From positions 7,310 to 71,309 of the forward strand of contig JAZQPJ010000082.1 of NCBI GenBank assembly GCA_045628525.1: a stretch of 64,000 bases of DNA, read 5' to 3'. Shown here piece after piece: positions 1 through 8,719 of this stretch. The translations under genes were made by a program, and so were the position numbers. The notes beneath the pieces are model-generated. The model made no database searches. It worked only from the letters and a program-made list of their open reading frames with translations, and was not told the origin of the DNA. Position 1 is the stretch's first letter; each line of letters begins with the position of its first letter. This DNA comes from Bacteroidales bacterium. GTDB taxonomy: Bacteria; Bacteroidota; Bacteroidia; Bacteroidales; UBA3663.

Positions 1-670
1 GCATACTCCCACATGGATGGAGATGAAGGAGATCTACTACGCCTATATGGAGACAGAATTCCTCAACACTGACGACATGCCTGATGGCGCTTGGTGCGAT
101 TATCAGGATAGTTGGGAGTATGAGTTCAGCACCCCATGGGAGTATCAGGTTTCGACCGCCTACATCTTCGGTTCGAATGCCATCCTGAGCCTGGAGTGGG
201 ACATGCGCGACTTCAGAACCATGAAGTACGAAGAGTCTTCCAACTATTACATGGGAGCCAACGGTTTCAAAGAAATCAATGAGGCCATTGAGGATCGACT
301 TCAGATGCAGCATACATTCAAAGCTGGCGCTGAATATCGCATCAACCAGAATCTGAGCGCTCGATTGGGCTATGCCTACATCACTTCTCCCTACAAAAAG
401 GAGGCGATGCTGAGCGAAGGTGACAGCTATAATCAGTACCTGCTCTATAGTTCGTCGAACAAGTTGAACTATAGTACTTCTGATGCACAGCAGTACTTCA
501 CCGGCGGTCTGGGTTGGAGAGGGAAGAACTGGAACTTCGACCTGGCATGCGTTTACCAGAATGCAAAAGAATATGTGTCAGCCTATCCTGCCGACTATGC
601 GGATTCAAACATTATCGACATGAATATGAATCGACTGACCTGGGACTTCACCATAGGCTATCGTTTCTGA
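1..670 (+). CDS. outer-membrane beta-barrel protein, 3' part only (FadL/OMPP1-like); the 5' end lies outside the window
   Basis: The frame is open from base 2 to the stop at 668-670. It shows an amphipathic beta-strand pattern (AGAEYRINQNLSARLGYAY, LTWDFTIGYRF) and a terminal aromatic F, as in OM barrels. The family assignment is by resemblance only. Confidence 0.5.
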   Translation, partial: HTPTWMEMKEIYYAYMETEFLNTDDMPDGAWCDYQDSWEYEFSTPWEYQVSTAYIFGSNAILSLEWDMRDFRTMKYEESSNYYMGANGFKEINEAIEDRLQMQHTFKAGAEYRINQNLSARLGYAYITSPYKKEAMLSEGDSYNQYLLYSSSNKLNYSTSDAQQYFTGGLGWRGKNWNFDLACVYQNAKEYVSAYPADYADSNIIDMNMNRLTWDFTIGYRF

Positions 671-728
671 TTCTTCTGCAAAGAACACGTCGATAACAGA
701 TAACTCTTAATTGACAATTTGAACCTTT

Positions 729-3215
729 GTGAATAGTTATTTAGATTCACTCAATCAAAGCCAGCGGGCCGCCGTAGAATACTGCGACGGCCCTCAACTT
801 GTCATAGCCGGTGCCGGTTCGGGCAAGACGCGCGTCCTGACTATCAAGATCGCACATCTACTGATGAACGGCTACCGTCCGGACGAGATCATCGCCCTCA
901 CCTTCACCAAGAAGGCTGCCACCGAGATGCAGAACCGCATCCAGCAACTCGTTGGCGCACAGTCGGCACGCCGATTGTGGATGGGCACGTTCCACTCGCT
1001 CTTCAGCCGCATCCTGCGCCGCGAGGCCGGACGTCTGGGCTTCAAGTCGGACTTCACCATCTACGACCAGACGGATTCGCGTTCGCTCATCAAGGCCATC
1101 ATCAAGGAGATGGGGCTCGACGACAAGGTGTATAAGCCCAACAGCGTGCAGGCACAGATTTCGAATGCCAAGAACAACCTGATCACGCCGGGCATGTACA
1201 GTGCCAATCGCGAGCTGCGCGAGTATGATGCCCGTTCGAAGCGTCCACAGCTGCACGAGATCTACCAGCGCTACTGGAACCGCTGCTACCAGGCCGGGGC
1301 GATGGACTTCGACGACCTGCTGGTCTATACCAACATCCTCTTCCGCGACTTCCCCGATGTGCTCGACTTCTATCAGCACTACTTCCGCTATGTCCTGGTC
1401 GATGAGTATCAGGACACCAACCGCGCGCAGCACCTCATCGTGGAGCAGCTGGCTCGCGATCACGGCCACCTCTGCGTCGTGGGCGACGATGCGCAGTCAA
1501 TCTACTCTTTCCGTGGCGCCAACATCCGCAACATCCTCGATCTTCAGAACCAGATTCCAGGCACGCGACTCTTCAAGCTGGAGCAGAACTATCGTTCGAC
1601 ACAGAACATCGTAGATGCCGCCAACTCGTTGATCGCCAAGAATCGCGAACAGATCCGCAAGACTATCTTCAGCCAGAACGACCGCGGCTCCCTGATCAAG
1701 CTGACGGGTACCTATTCGGACCTTGAAGAGTCGTATCAGGTGGCAGGTCGCATCCAGACTTTGCACGACGAAGACGGTTATCAATACCGCGACTGCGCCA
1801 TCCTCTACCGCACCAATGCGCAGAGCCGCACGCTGGAGGAGGCACTCCGCAAGCGCGACATCCAGTACCGCATCTACGGCGGCCTCTCGTTCTATCAGCG
1901 CAAGGAGATCAAGGACATCATCTCGTATCTGCGCCTCATCACCAACCCGGCGGACGAGGAGGCTTTCAAGCGCGTGGTCAACTATCCGGCACGCGGCATC
2001 GGCGACACCACCATCAGCAAGGTGGCACAGGTCATCGCCACGACGCAGAAGTCGTTCTTCGAAGTTTGTGCCGACCCTATCGCTCATGAGGTGCCGGTCA
2101 ACAAAGGCACCGCTGCCAAGCTGATGGGCTTCGTGGCATTGATCCAACACTTCCAGGAGCTCAACACACAGCTCAATGCCTACCAGCTCACCGAGCGCGT
2201 CATCATGGAGTCGGGCATCAAAGCCGATTTGGCACAGGACATGACCGTGGAGGCACAGAGCCGTCGCGAGAATGTCGAGGAGCTGCTTTCGGCCATCCAG
2301 AGCTTCACCATCCAGTCGGTCGAAGAGGGCCGCGAGGCAGGGTTGGTGGATTTCCTGGCCGACGTGTCGCTCAGCGGCGATGTGGAGCCTCAAGGCCACG
2401 ATGCCGACGATGACATCAAGAACTCAGACTACGTCACCCTCATGACCATCCACTCGGCCAAGGGATTGGAATTCAAGAACGTATTCATCGTGGGCGTGGA
2501 GGAGAATCTCTTGCCCTCCGACATGTCGAAGGACGAGCCGGGTGGCATCGAGGAGGAACGCCGCCTCTTCTACGTGGCCATCACGCGTGCGGAGGAGAAC
2601 TGTTTCCTCTCCTACGCCATGTCGCGCTTCCGCAACGGCAAGAGCGAGCCGAGCCGTCCCTCCCGCTTCATCAAGGACATCGATCGACAATACATCCAGC
2701 AGACAGGCGGCAACGCTCCCACCCTCAACTACAGCTCCAACGCCGGCGGACGCTTCGGCTGGCGCAGCGGTGAGGAACGCAGCTTTGAAACGACTCCCCG
2801 AGGGATTTGGCATCATCCAGCCGACCCAACAGAGGAACCGCAACAGGAACGCCACCAGAGCGACGCAAATGAGCAGCCCGCCAGTCGTCAGACTCCCATG
2901 AGCAAGCCCAAATCCTCCGTCTTGGACTTCACCGGCCCTGTGCACAAGATCACGCATGCTCCCGTCGCCCATTCCGAAGGTCAGCGCAAGCCTCAGTCAA
3001 AGCCCTCAAGCCCAGGCAGTTCGGCCATAGCCCCTGCCCTTTCCTACGGTGGCAAACCTCTTTCGCTCGGAGCACGCATCGCTCACGATCGTTTCGGCGA
3101 AGGCACAATCCTCAACCTGGATGGCAACAGCGACAACGCCCGCATCACCGTGCGCTTCGACAACGTCGGCGAAAAGGTGCTCCTGCTGAAGTTTGCAAAG
3201 ATCCGAATTATTTGA
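729..3215 (+). CDS. uvrD: ATP-dependent DNA helicase, UvrD/PcrA/Rep superfamily 1 (GTG start)
   Basis: SF1 motifs are present: AGAGSGKT (Walker A), VLVDEYQDTN, QNYRS, TIHSAKGLEF and VAITRAE. A Ser/Pro/Gln-rich low-complexity stretch precedes a C-terminal Tudor-like tail (GARIAHDRFGEGTILNL...VRFDNVGEKVLLLKFAKI). Confidence 0.85.
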   Translation: MNSYLDSLNQSQRAAVEYCDGPQLVIAGAGSGKTRVLTIKIAHLLMNGYRPDEIIALTFTKKAATEMQNRIQQLVGAQSARRLWMGTFHSLFSRILRREAGRLGFKSDFTIYDQTDSRSLIKAIIKEMGLDDKVYKPNSVQAQISNAKNNLITPGMYSANRELREYDARSKRPQLHEIYQRYWNRCYQAGAMDFDDLLVYTNILFRDFPDVLDFYQHYFRYVLVDEYQDTNRAQHLIVEQLARDHGHLCVVGDDAQSIYSFRGANIRNILDLQNQIPGTRLFKLEQNYRSTQNIVDAANSLIAKNREQIRKTIFSQNDRGSLIKLTGTYSDLEESYQVAGRIQTLHDEDGYQYRDCAILYRTNAQSRTLEEALRKRDIQYRIYGGLSFYQRKEIKDIISYLRLITNPADEEAFKRVVNYPARGIGDTTISKVAQVIATTQKSFFEVCADPIAHEVPVNKGTAAKLMGFVALIQHFQELNTQLNAYQLTERVIMESGIKADLAQDMTVEAQSRRENVEELLSAIQSFTIQSVEEGREAGLVDFLADVSLSGDVEPQGHDADDDIKNSDYVTLMTIHSAKGLEFKNVFIVGVEENLLPSDMSKDEPGGIEEERRLFYVAITRAEENCFLSYAMSRFRNGKSEPSRPSRFIKDIDRQYIQQTGGNAPTLNYSSNAGGRFGWRSGEERSFETTPRGIWHHPADPTEEPQQERHQSDANEQPASRQTPMSKPKSSVLDFTGPVHKITHAPVAHSEGQRKPQSKPSSPGSSAIAPALSYGGKPLSLGARIAHDRFGEGTILNLDGNSDNARITVRFDNVGEKVLLLKFAKIRII

Positions 3216-3258
3216 TTCAAAGGCTCAGAGCAATCGATCCGTCGATCCCACAACAGCA

Positions 3259-3304
3259 AAGCGGCTGAATCCTCTTTCGAAGATTCAGCCGCTTATTGTT
3301 TTTA
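3259..3304. terminator. hairpin terminator between convergent uvrD and tig
   Basis: Perfect stem aagcggctgaatc / gattcagccgctt with a 10-nt loop, followed by attgttttt. Confidence 0.55.
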
Positions 3305-3345
3305 CTTCGTTCCGAAGAGCGAAGCTCAGTTTTTCTATCTCGGAA

Positions 3346-4695
3346 TTACTTCAGGAGATCCTGGAACTCCTCAACCGACACCTCCTTCATGTCGAGGGTT
3401 ACGGTGTTCTTGATGATGTCGATGATACGGCGGGTAACTGCGCTGTCGCGGAGCTGTGCACGCTGCTTCTCGTCCTTGAGTACGCTCTCAGCATACTGCT
3501 CGAGGTACTCAGCAGGGATGTTCGACATGCCGTACTGAGCCATCTGGATCTGTACCATGTTGCGAGCCTCAGCCTTGATGTCCTCATCGGTAACCTTCAC
3601 CTCGTTGGCAGAAGCAATCTTCTCCTCGATGAGCTGCCAGGTGAGATCCTCCATCATCTGTGGGAACTGCTCGTTGAGCTTCTCCTCGTCACGCTTCTCG
3701 TCCTTAGCGAGGAGCCACTTCTTGAGGCTCTTCTCAGGGAAGGTGAGGTTGCCAACCTGCTCGAGGAGCACCTTGCGAGCATCGAGGCTGAACTTATAGG
3801 TGCTGTTTGACTCAAGCTGGGTAGCGATGAGCTCAGCGATCTTAGCCTTGAATGCCTCCTCGGTGGTGCACTCGTCGCCAAATACCTTCTTGTAGAGCTC
3901 CTCGTTGAGCTCAGCTGGCTCGTGGTGGTTGATCTCGTTGATGGTGAAACGGAAGTTAGCGGTGATGCCGGCAACCTCCTCCTTCTGCTTGCCGAGCAGG
4001 GAAGCGAGCTCAGCCTCGTTGTTGTCATAAGCAGCAGCTGGGTTGAAGTCAACGCTGGCGAACTTCTTGGCACCGTTGAACTTAGCCTTCTCGTCATCGT
4101 TCTTCATGAACTTAGGATAAACGGTTGCGCCCTCCATTACGATGCCGCCCTCAACGATGTTGCCCTCAGCATCGAGCTCTGCGATGTCGCCCTTGATGAC
4201 GTCCTCCTCGCAAGCCTCCTCAGCGCTGACATAGCTGCCGAGCTGGCCCTGATAAGCCTTAACCTGCTGCTCAACCATCTCGTCGCTAACCTTGATGGTG
4301 TAGTAAGGAACGCTTACTGAGTCGTCAAGCTTGAGCTCGAACTCAGGAGCGATAGCGATAGCGAAGCTAACGGTGAAGTTCTCAGCAGTAGCGAAATCAA
4401 CTGGCTCCTGGCTCTCGTCAACCATTGGCTCACCCAGGACGTTGATCTTATTCTCAGCGATATACTTGTACATGGTATCGTTGATCAGCTTGTTCACCTC
4501 GTCGATGGTGATCTGCATACCATACTGCTTACGGATGAGGCCGGCAGGAACCATGCCCTTGCGGAAACCAGGCATCTGGGCATTCTTACGTACCTGCTTG
4601 ATCTGCTTCTCAACTGCGTCTGCGTAGTCAGCCTTCTCGATGTCGAGGCTGAGGACGATATTTACGTCATCTACGACTTTCTTTGTAATGTTCAT
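3346..4695 (-). CDS. tig: trigger factor
   Basis: N-terminal ribosome-binding signature MPGFRKGMVPAGLIRKQYG. Length (449 aa) and acidic composition are typical. Confidence 0.9.
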   Translation of the reverse strand: MNITKKVVDDVNIVLSLDIEKADYADAVEKQIKQVRKNAQMPGFRKGMVPAGLIRKQYGMQITIDEVNKLINDTMYKYIAENKINVLGEPMVDESQEPVDFATAENFTVSFAIAIAPEFELKLDDSVSVPYYTIKVSDEMVEQQVKAYQGQLGSYVSAEEACEEDVIKGDIAELDAEGNIVEGGIVMEGATVYPKFMKNDDEKAKFNGAKKFASVDFNPAAAYDNNEAELASLLGKQKEEVAGITANFRFTINEINHHEPAELNEELYKKVFGDECTTEEAFKAKIAELIATQLESNSTYKFSLDARKVLLEQVGNLTFPEKSLKKWLLAKDEKRDEEKLNEQFPQMMEDLTWQLIEEKIASANEVKVTDEDIKAEARNMVQIQMAQYGMSNIPAEYLEQYAESVLKDEKQRAQLRDSAVTRRIIDIIKNTVTLDMKEVSVEEFQDLLK

Positions 4696-4737
4696 AGTGA
4701 TTTTTTATAATATGATAAAATTAAATTTCAATTTTTT

Positions 4738-4813
4738 GATTACAGATTTCAGATTACAGATTACTATTTTACCAACGCGAAGCCCGTAATTTGTAATCTG
4801 TAATTTGTAATTG
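4738..4813. repeat. 75-bp hairpin repeat with heptad-periodic arms, copy 1 (gyrB-tig gap)
   Basis: Left arm gattaca gatttca gattaca gattac, loop tattttaccaacgcgaagccc, complementary right arm gtaattt gtaatct gtaattt gtaat. Near-identical to 6868-6942. Confidence 0.8.
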
Positions 4814-4826
4814 CCGAAATCAATGC

Positions 4827-6773
4827 TTATGCATCGATTTCTGCATACGTTGCATTCTCCTCGATGAACTCGCGGCGTGGAGCCACCTCTTCGCCCATGA
4901 GGAGCGAGAAGGTCTGGTCGGCAGCGATGGCGTCCTCGATGTGTACCTGCTTCAGGCGGCGGTGGGCAGGATCCATGGTGGTGTCCCACAGCTGCTCGGC
5001 ATTCATCTCACCGAGACCTTTGTATCGCTGGATCTTCACCTTGTTCTCGTTGCCCTGTGCGTACTTCTGCAGGAAGTCGTCGCGCTCCTGGTCATCCCAG
5101 CAGTACTCGTCGTTCTTGCCGATGGTGCAGCGATAGAGCGGAGCCTGTGCGATATACACGTAGCCGCCGTCGATGAGCGGACGCATATAGCGGAAGAAGA
5201 GCGTGAGGATCAGGGTGGCGATGTGCGCACCATCGACGTCGGCATCGGTCATGATCACTACCTTGTGATAACGAAGGTTGGTGATGTCGAGCGACTTGTC
5301 CTCCTGCAGGTTCACGCGGAAGGCGCGGAACATGTTCTGGATCTCCTCCGAGTCGAGCATCTTGTGGATCAATACCTTCTCGACGTTCAGGATCTTACCG
5401 CGCAGAGGCAGGATAGCCTGGAAGAAGCGGTTGCGGCCGCTCTTGGCGGTACCACCTGCCGAGTCACCCTCGACCAGGAAAATCTCGCACTCCTCAGGAT
5501 TCTTGCTCGAGCAGTCAGCCAGCTTGCCTGGCAGACCGCCGCCGGTGAGTTTCGACTTCTTCTGCACCTGCTCACGCGCCTGACGGGCAGCGATACGGGC
5601 CTGTGCAGCCAGAATTACCTTGTCGATGATGAGGTGAGCCTGCGATGGGTTCTCCTCCAGATAGTTGTCCATGGCCTTGCGCACAGCCTTCTGTACGGCA
5701 GGGCGGATCTCCACGTTGCCGAGCTTGGTCTTGGTCTGGCCCTCGAACTGAGGCTCAGCCACCTTCACGCTGACTACGGCGGTGAGGCCCTCGCGGAAGT
5801 CGTCCAGACGGATGTCGTTGACGAGCTTGGCCTTCTCGAACATCTTCTCCTTGGTGCCGTACTCCTTGAGCGAGCCGCTCAGAGCCGAACGGAAGCCATC
5901 GAGGTGAGTACCGCCCTCGTGAGTGTTGATGTTGTTGACGAAGGTATGGATCGACTCGCTGTAACCGGTGTTGTAGGTCAAAGCCACCTCCACAGGCACG
6001 CCGTCGCTCTCGGTCACCAGGTGGATGATATCCGGGATCAATGGGGTGCGGCTCTCGTCCATCCACTGCACGAACTCCTTCAAGCCATGCTGGCTGTAGA
6101 ACTCCTGACGACGTGGCTGTCCGTTGTCCAGGCGAGCCTCCTCACGCAGATCGGTGAGGGTAAGGCGGATGCCGGTGTTGAGGTAGCACAGGTCGCGCAG
6201 ACGCTCGGCCAGGCGATCCCACTCATAGACGGTCTCGGTGAAGATCGAGGCATCCGGATGGAAGGTGATGGTGGTGCCGGTGTCGTCGGTGTCGCCGATG
6301 ATCTCCACAGGAGTCATTGGCTTGCCGAATGCATACTCCTGACGGTAGATGTGGCCCTGGCGATGCACCTCGGCCACGAACTGGTCAGAGAGGGCATTTA
6401 CGCAGCTCACACCCACACCGTGCAGACCGCCCGATACCTTGTAGGTGTTCTTGTCGAACTTACCACCGGCATGGAGCACAGTCATTACGACCTCCAGGGC
6501 CGAACGCTTCTCCTTCTGGTGCATATCTACAGGGATACCACGACCGTTATCGATCACCTTGATCGAGTTGTCAGGCAGGATGAAGACCTGTACATCGTTA
6601 CAGTAGCCAGCCAGGGCCTCGTCAATACAGTTATCGACTACCTCGCTGACGAGGTGATGGAGGCCCTTGATGCTTGTGTCGCCGATATACATGGCAGGAC
6701 GCTTACGCACGGCCTCAAGGCCTTCGAGCACCTGGATATGACTTGCGTCGTAATTGTTCTGAATTTCTGACAT
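4827..6773 (-). CDS. gyrB: DNA gyrase subunit B
   Basis: Motifs LEGLEAVRKRPAMYIG, HEGGTH, EGDSAGG (Toprim), PLRGKILNVEK and DADVDGAHI. The start is set at MSEIQNNYD (ATG 6773-6771), not at the longer ORF start 6869. Confidence 0.95.
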   Translation of the reverse strand: MSEIQNNYDASHIQVLEGLEAVRKRPAMYIGDTSIKGLHHLVSEVVDNCIDEALAGYCNDVQVFILPDNSIKVIDNGRGIPVDMHQKEKRSALEVVMTVLHAGGKFDKNTYKVSGGLHGVGVSCVNALSDQFVAEVHRQGHIYRQEYAFGKPMTPVEIIGDTDDTGTTITFHPDASIFTETVYEWDRLAERLRDLCYLNTGIRLTLTDLREEARLDNGQPRRQEFYSQHGLKEFVQWMDESRTPLIPDIIHLVTESDGVPVEVALTYNTGYSESIHTFVNNINTHEGGTHLDGFRSALSGSLKEYGTKEKMFEKAKLVNDIRLDDFREGLTAVVSVKVAEPQFEGQTKTKLGNVEIRPAVQKAVRKAMDNYLEENPSQAHLIIDKVILAAQARIAARQAREQVQKKSKLTGGGLPGKLADCSSKNPEECEIFLVEGDSAGGTAKSGRNRFFQAILPLRGKILNVEKVLIHKMLDSEEIQNMFRAFRVNLQEDKSLDITNLRYHKVVIMTDADVDGAHIATLILTLFFRYMRPLIDGGYVYIAQAPLYRCTIGKNDEYCWDDQERDDFLQKYAQGNENKVKIQRYKGLGEMNAEQLWDTTMDPAHRRLKQVHIEDAIAADQTFSLLMGEEVAPRREFIEENATYAEIDA

Positions 6774-6867
6774 GAGGTATTGATTAGAAAGTTTTACGCG
6801 TGTACGCGCGCGTAATATAATAATGTCCGCACGAGCCAATACGGGCACAATACGGGCATTATCTATC

Positions 6868-6942
6868 AATTACAGATTTCAAATTACAGATTACCATTTT
6901 ACCAGCGCGAAGCCCGTAATCTGTAATTTGTAATTTGCAATC
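6868..6942. repeat. 75-bp hairpin repeat with heptad-periodic arms, copy 2 (rpsT-gyrB gap)
   Basis: Same orientation and architecture as 4738-4813, with only a handful of substitutions by hand alignment. Confidence 0.8.
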
Positions 6943-6957
6943 AATCTGCAAACAGAA

Positions 6958-7209
6958 TTAGAGCTTGTTAACCAACTTAGCGAGCTTGCTCTTGAGGTTA
7001 CCAGCCTTGTTAGCGTGGATAACGTGCTTCTTAGCGAGCTTATCAAGCATAGAGCTTACCTGTGGGAGCTGAGCAGCTGCATCTGCCTTATCGGTAGTTG
7101 CACGGAGCTTACGAACAGCGTTACGGGTTACCTTGCCGTAGTAACGGTTAGCGAGATTGTGGGTGATGGTCTGCTTGATGCGCTTCTTTGAAGACTTGTG
7201 ATTTGCCAT
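6958..7209 (-). CDS. rpsT: 30S ribosomal protein S20
   Basis: [24 protein letters not shown]... is a small, basic, typical S20 N-terminus. The start is set at ATG 7209-7207. Confidence 0.9.
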   Translation of the reverse strand: MANHKSSKKRIKQTITHNLANRYYGKVTRNAVRKLRATTDKADAAAQLPQVSSMLDKLAKKHVIHANKAGNLKSKLAKLVNKL

Positions 7210-7486
7210 TGCTTTGTTGTTTGTTTTGGTGCGAAGCCCCAGGGGCAACGCTATTGTTCAATAATAATTTTAAAATGTATCTGCACCTCGGGCAAAGGTT
7301 CCGGTCCAGCCAAGCACCGCCATGTCGCTCCCGCTGGTTGTGCCCAATCACTCGGTTGGGACTTCAAAAAAATGCCGAAATGCGGGTGCAAAGATAGTTA
7401 ATTTTCAATTACCAAACAATTTTTTTAAAGAAAAAATGAAAAAATATTTGATTTTAAACGCAAAACCGCTATATTTGCACACTGAA

Positions 7487-8251
7487 ATGACAACTTTAAA
7501 TGATAAAACGCTCGGCATCGTCCTGAGCACCATCCCCATCAGCGACCACTCGCAGTTCGTGCACCTCTACACCGAACAGCTCGGTCGCATCACCTGCAAG
7601 GTGCCCCTCGCCAGCCGCGGCCGACGGGCCAGCCAGCTGCGCCAGCTCATGACGCCCATGACCGTGCTCGAACTCGTGCTGAGCGGACACAACGGCACCC
7701 GCCCCGGCTCCGCAGCCGCCGGCGACGTGCTGCAGATCCGCGAGGCCAACATCCTGCGCTCGCCCTACATGCTCACCATCAGCCACCCCGACAAGGCATC
7801 GCAATGCCTCTACATGGCCGAGCTCATCGACCACACCGTGCGCGAGGTGGAGCCCAACGCCAACCTCTGGCAATACATCATGGGCAGCCTCGAAGTGCTT
7901 GAGAATCTGGAGAGCGACTGGGCCAACTTCCATCTGGTCTTCACCAGCGGCCTCACCCGTCTGCTCGGCTTCTTCATCGATCCCGACAGCTATCAGCCTG
8001 GCCATCAGCTCGACCTTATGGAGGGCATCTTCACCCCTGGCCCTGTGCTCCACCCCTTCTATCTCAACGCCGAGTCGGCCAAATGGTTCCACCGCATGCT
8101 CCTGCTCGACTACCGCACCCTCGGCAGCCTCACGCTCAACCGTGCCCAGCGCTCTGCCCTGCTCGACATGGAGCTCGCCTTCCTCTCGCAGCACATCCCC
8201 GAGATGGGCACACTCCGCAGCGTGGAGGTCCTGAAGTCACTTTTCGACTAA
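7487..8251 (+). CDS. recO: DNA repair protein RecO
   Basis: The N-terminal OB-fold region (KTLGIVLSTIPISDHSQFVHLYTEQLGRITCKV) resembles Bacteroidota RecO. A TAnnTTTG box (tatatttg, 7470-7477) lies just upstream of ATG 7487, so the longer ORF from 7322 is rejected. Confidence 0.8.
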   Translation: MTTLNDKTLGIVLSTIPISDHSQFVHLYTEQLGRITCKVPLASRGRRASQLRQLMTPMTVLELVLSGHNGTRPGSAAAGDVLQIREANILRSPYMLTISHPDKASQCLYMAELIDHTVREVEPNANLWQYIMGSLEVLENLESDWANFHLVFTSGLTRLLGFFIDPDSYQPGHQLDLMEGIFTPGPVLHPFYLNAESAKWFHRMLLLDYRTLGSLTLNRAQRSALLDMELAFLSQHIPEMGTLRSVEVLKSLFD

Positions 8252-8280
8252 ACAAATCCGCGAAAAGCTCCCAAAGAGCC

Positions 8281-8316
8281 GCAATAGTCCGACCTGGTAC
8301 CAAGTCGGACTATTGC
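8281..8316. repeat. solitary palindromic unit (aatagtccgacctggtaccaagtcggactatt)
   Basis: Inverted repeat AATAGTCCGAC / GTCGGACTATT around a short loop. Same family as the array at 8367-8534. Confidence 0.8.
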
Positions 8317-8366
8317 AAATTTACAGAAGCGTTTTCTCCGTAGTTTTTCAAGTTCTGCACTTCTGC

Positions 8367-8534
8367 GACAGTCCGACTCGGTGCCGAGTCGGACTATTGC
8401 AGATCAAAGACAGTCCGACTCGGTACCAGGTCGGACTATTACGGGTCAAAGACAGTCCGACTTGGATCCAGGTCGGACTATTGCAGACCGAAGACAGTCC
8501 GACTCGGATCCAGGTCGGACTATTGCGGGTTGAG
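8367..8534. repeat. 4 x 42-bp tandem array of palindromic units
   Basis: Units start at 8367, 8409, 8451 and 8493. Each is gacAGTCCGACy(c/t)gg...GTCGGACTATT plus 8-10 variable nt. Each unit is itself a hairpin. Confidence 0.85.
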
Positions 8535-8719
8535 CAAGGTATTTTTCACACCTGCGGCAAGGTCTTGCCATAGTTTTTCATTGCATCTGATTGCAAAATG
8601 GAAGAAAAGCAGCAGGACTGAGACGATTTCCAATCCGGAATTTGCCTATTCGGAAAAAATAATATATATTTGCATCGAAAAGAGGGACTAAACGACCAAA
8701 ACATCACCATCAAAACAAT

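Noticed and set aside
1497-2399. A 300-aa minus-strand ORF inside the helicase gene. Comparable antisense or out-of-frame ORFs lie at 27101-28132, 49426-50295, 50626-51333, 7496-8194 and 8546-9514.
   Set aside because: All overlap strongly supported genes and show GC-bias artefact composition. None has an independent promoter box or motif.
4941-6770. A 609-aa plus-strand ORF antisense to gyrB.
   Set aside because: gyrB is unambiguous on the minus strand. The antisense frame is open only because stop codons are depleted in the complement of GC3-rich codons.
7222-7380. A GC-rich, apparently structured segment of about 160 nt between the rpsT start and a minus-strand -7 box (CAAAGATA at 7389-7396). 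I considered it as an SRP/4.5S-like or other ncRNA gene, or an S20 autoregulatory leader.
   Set aside because: I could not find the conserved SRP domain IV pattern (a GGAA tetraloop closed by complementary arms, AGCA bulge) on either strand, nor any other known ncRNA signature. A long rpsT leader remains possible but cannot be supported by eye. A cmscan against Rfam would settle it.
8367-8534. A possible CRISPR array, suggested by regularly spaced palindromic repeats.
   Set aside because: The variable segments between the 32-34-nt palindromes are only about 8-10 nt, far too short for spacers. There are only four units, and no cas genes or leader are nearby.
8313-8573. An 86-aa ORF reading through the palindromic tandem array, with repeating peptide DSPTR.QVGLL.
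   Set aside because: The periodic peptide is simply the translation of the 42-bp DNA repeat. The selective constraint is on the hairpin stems, not on a reading frame.
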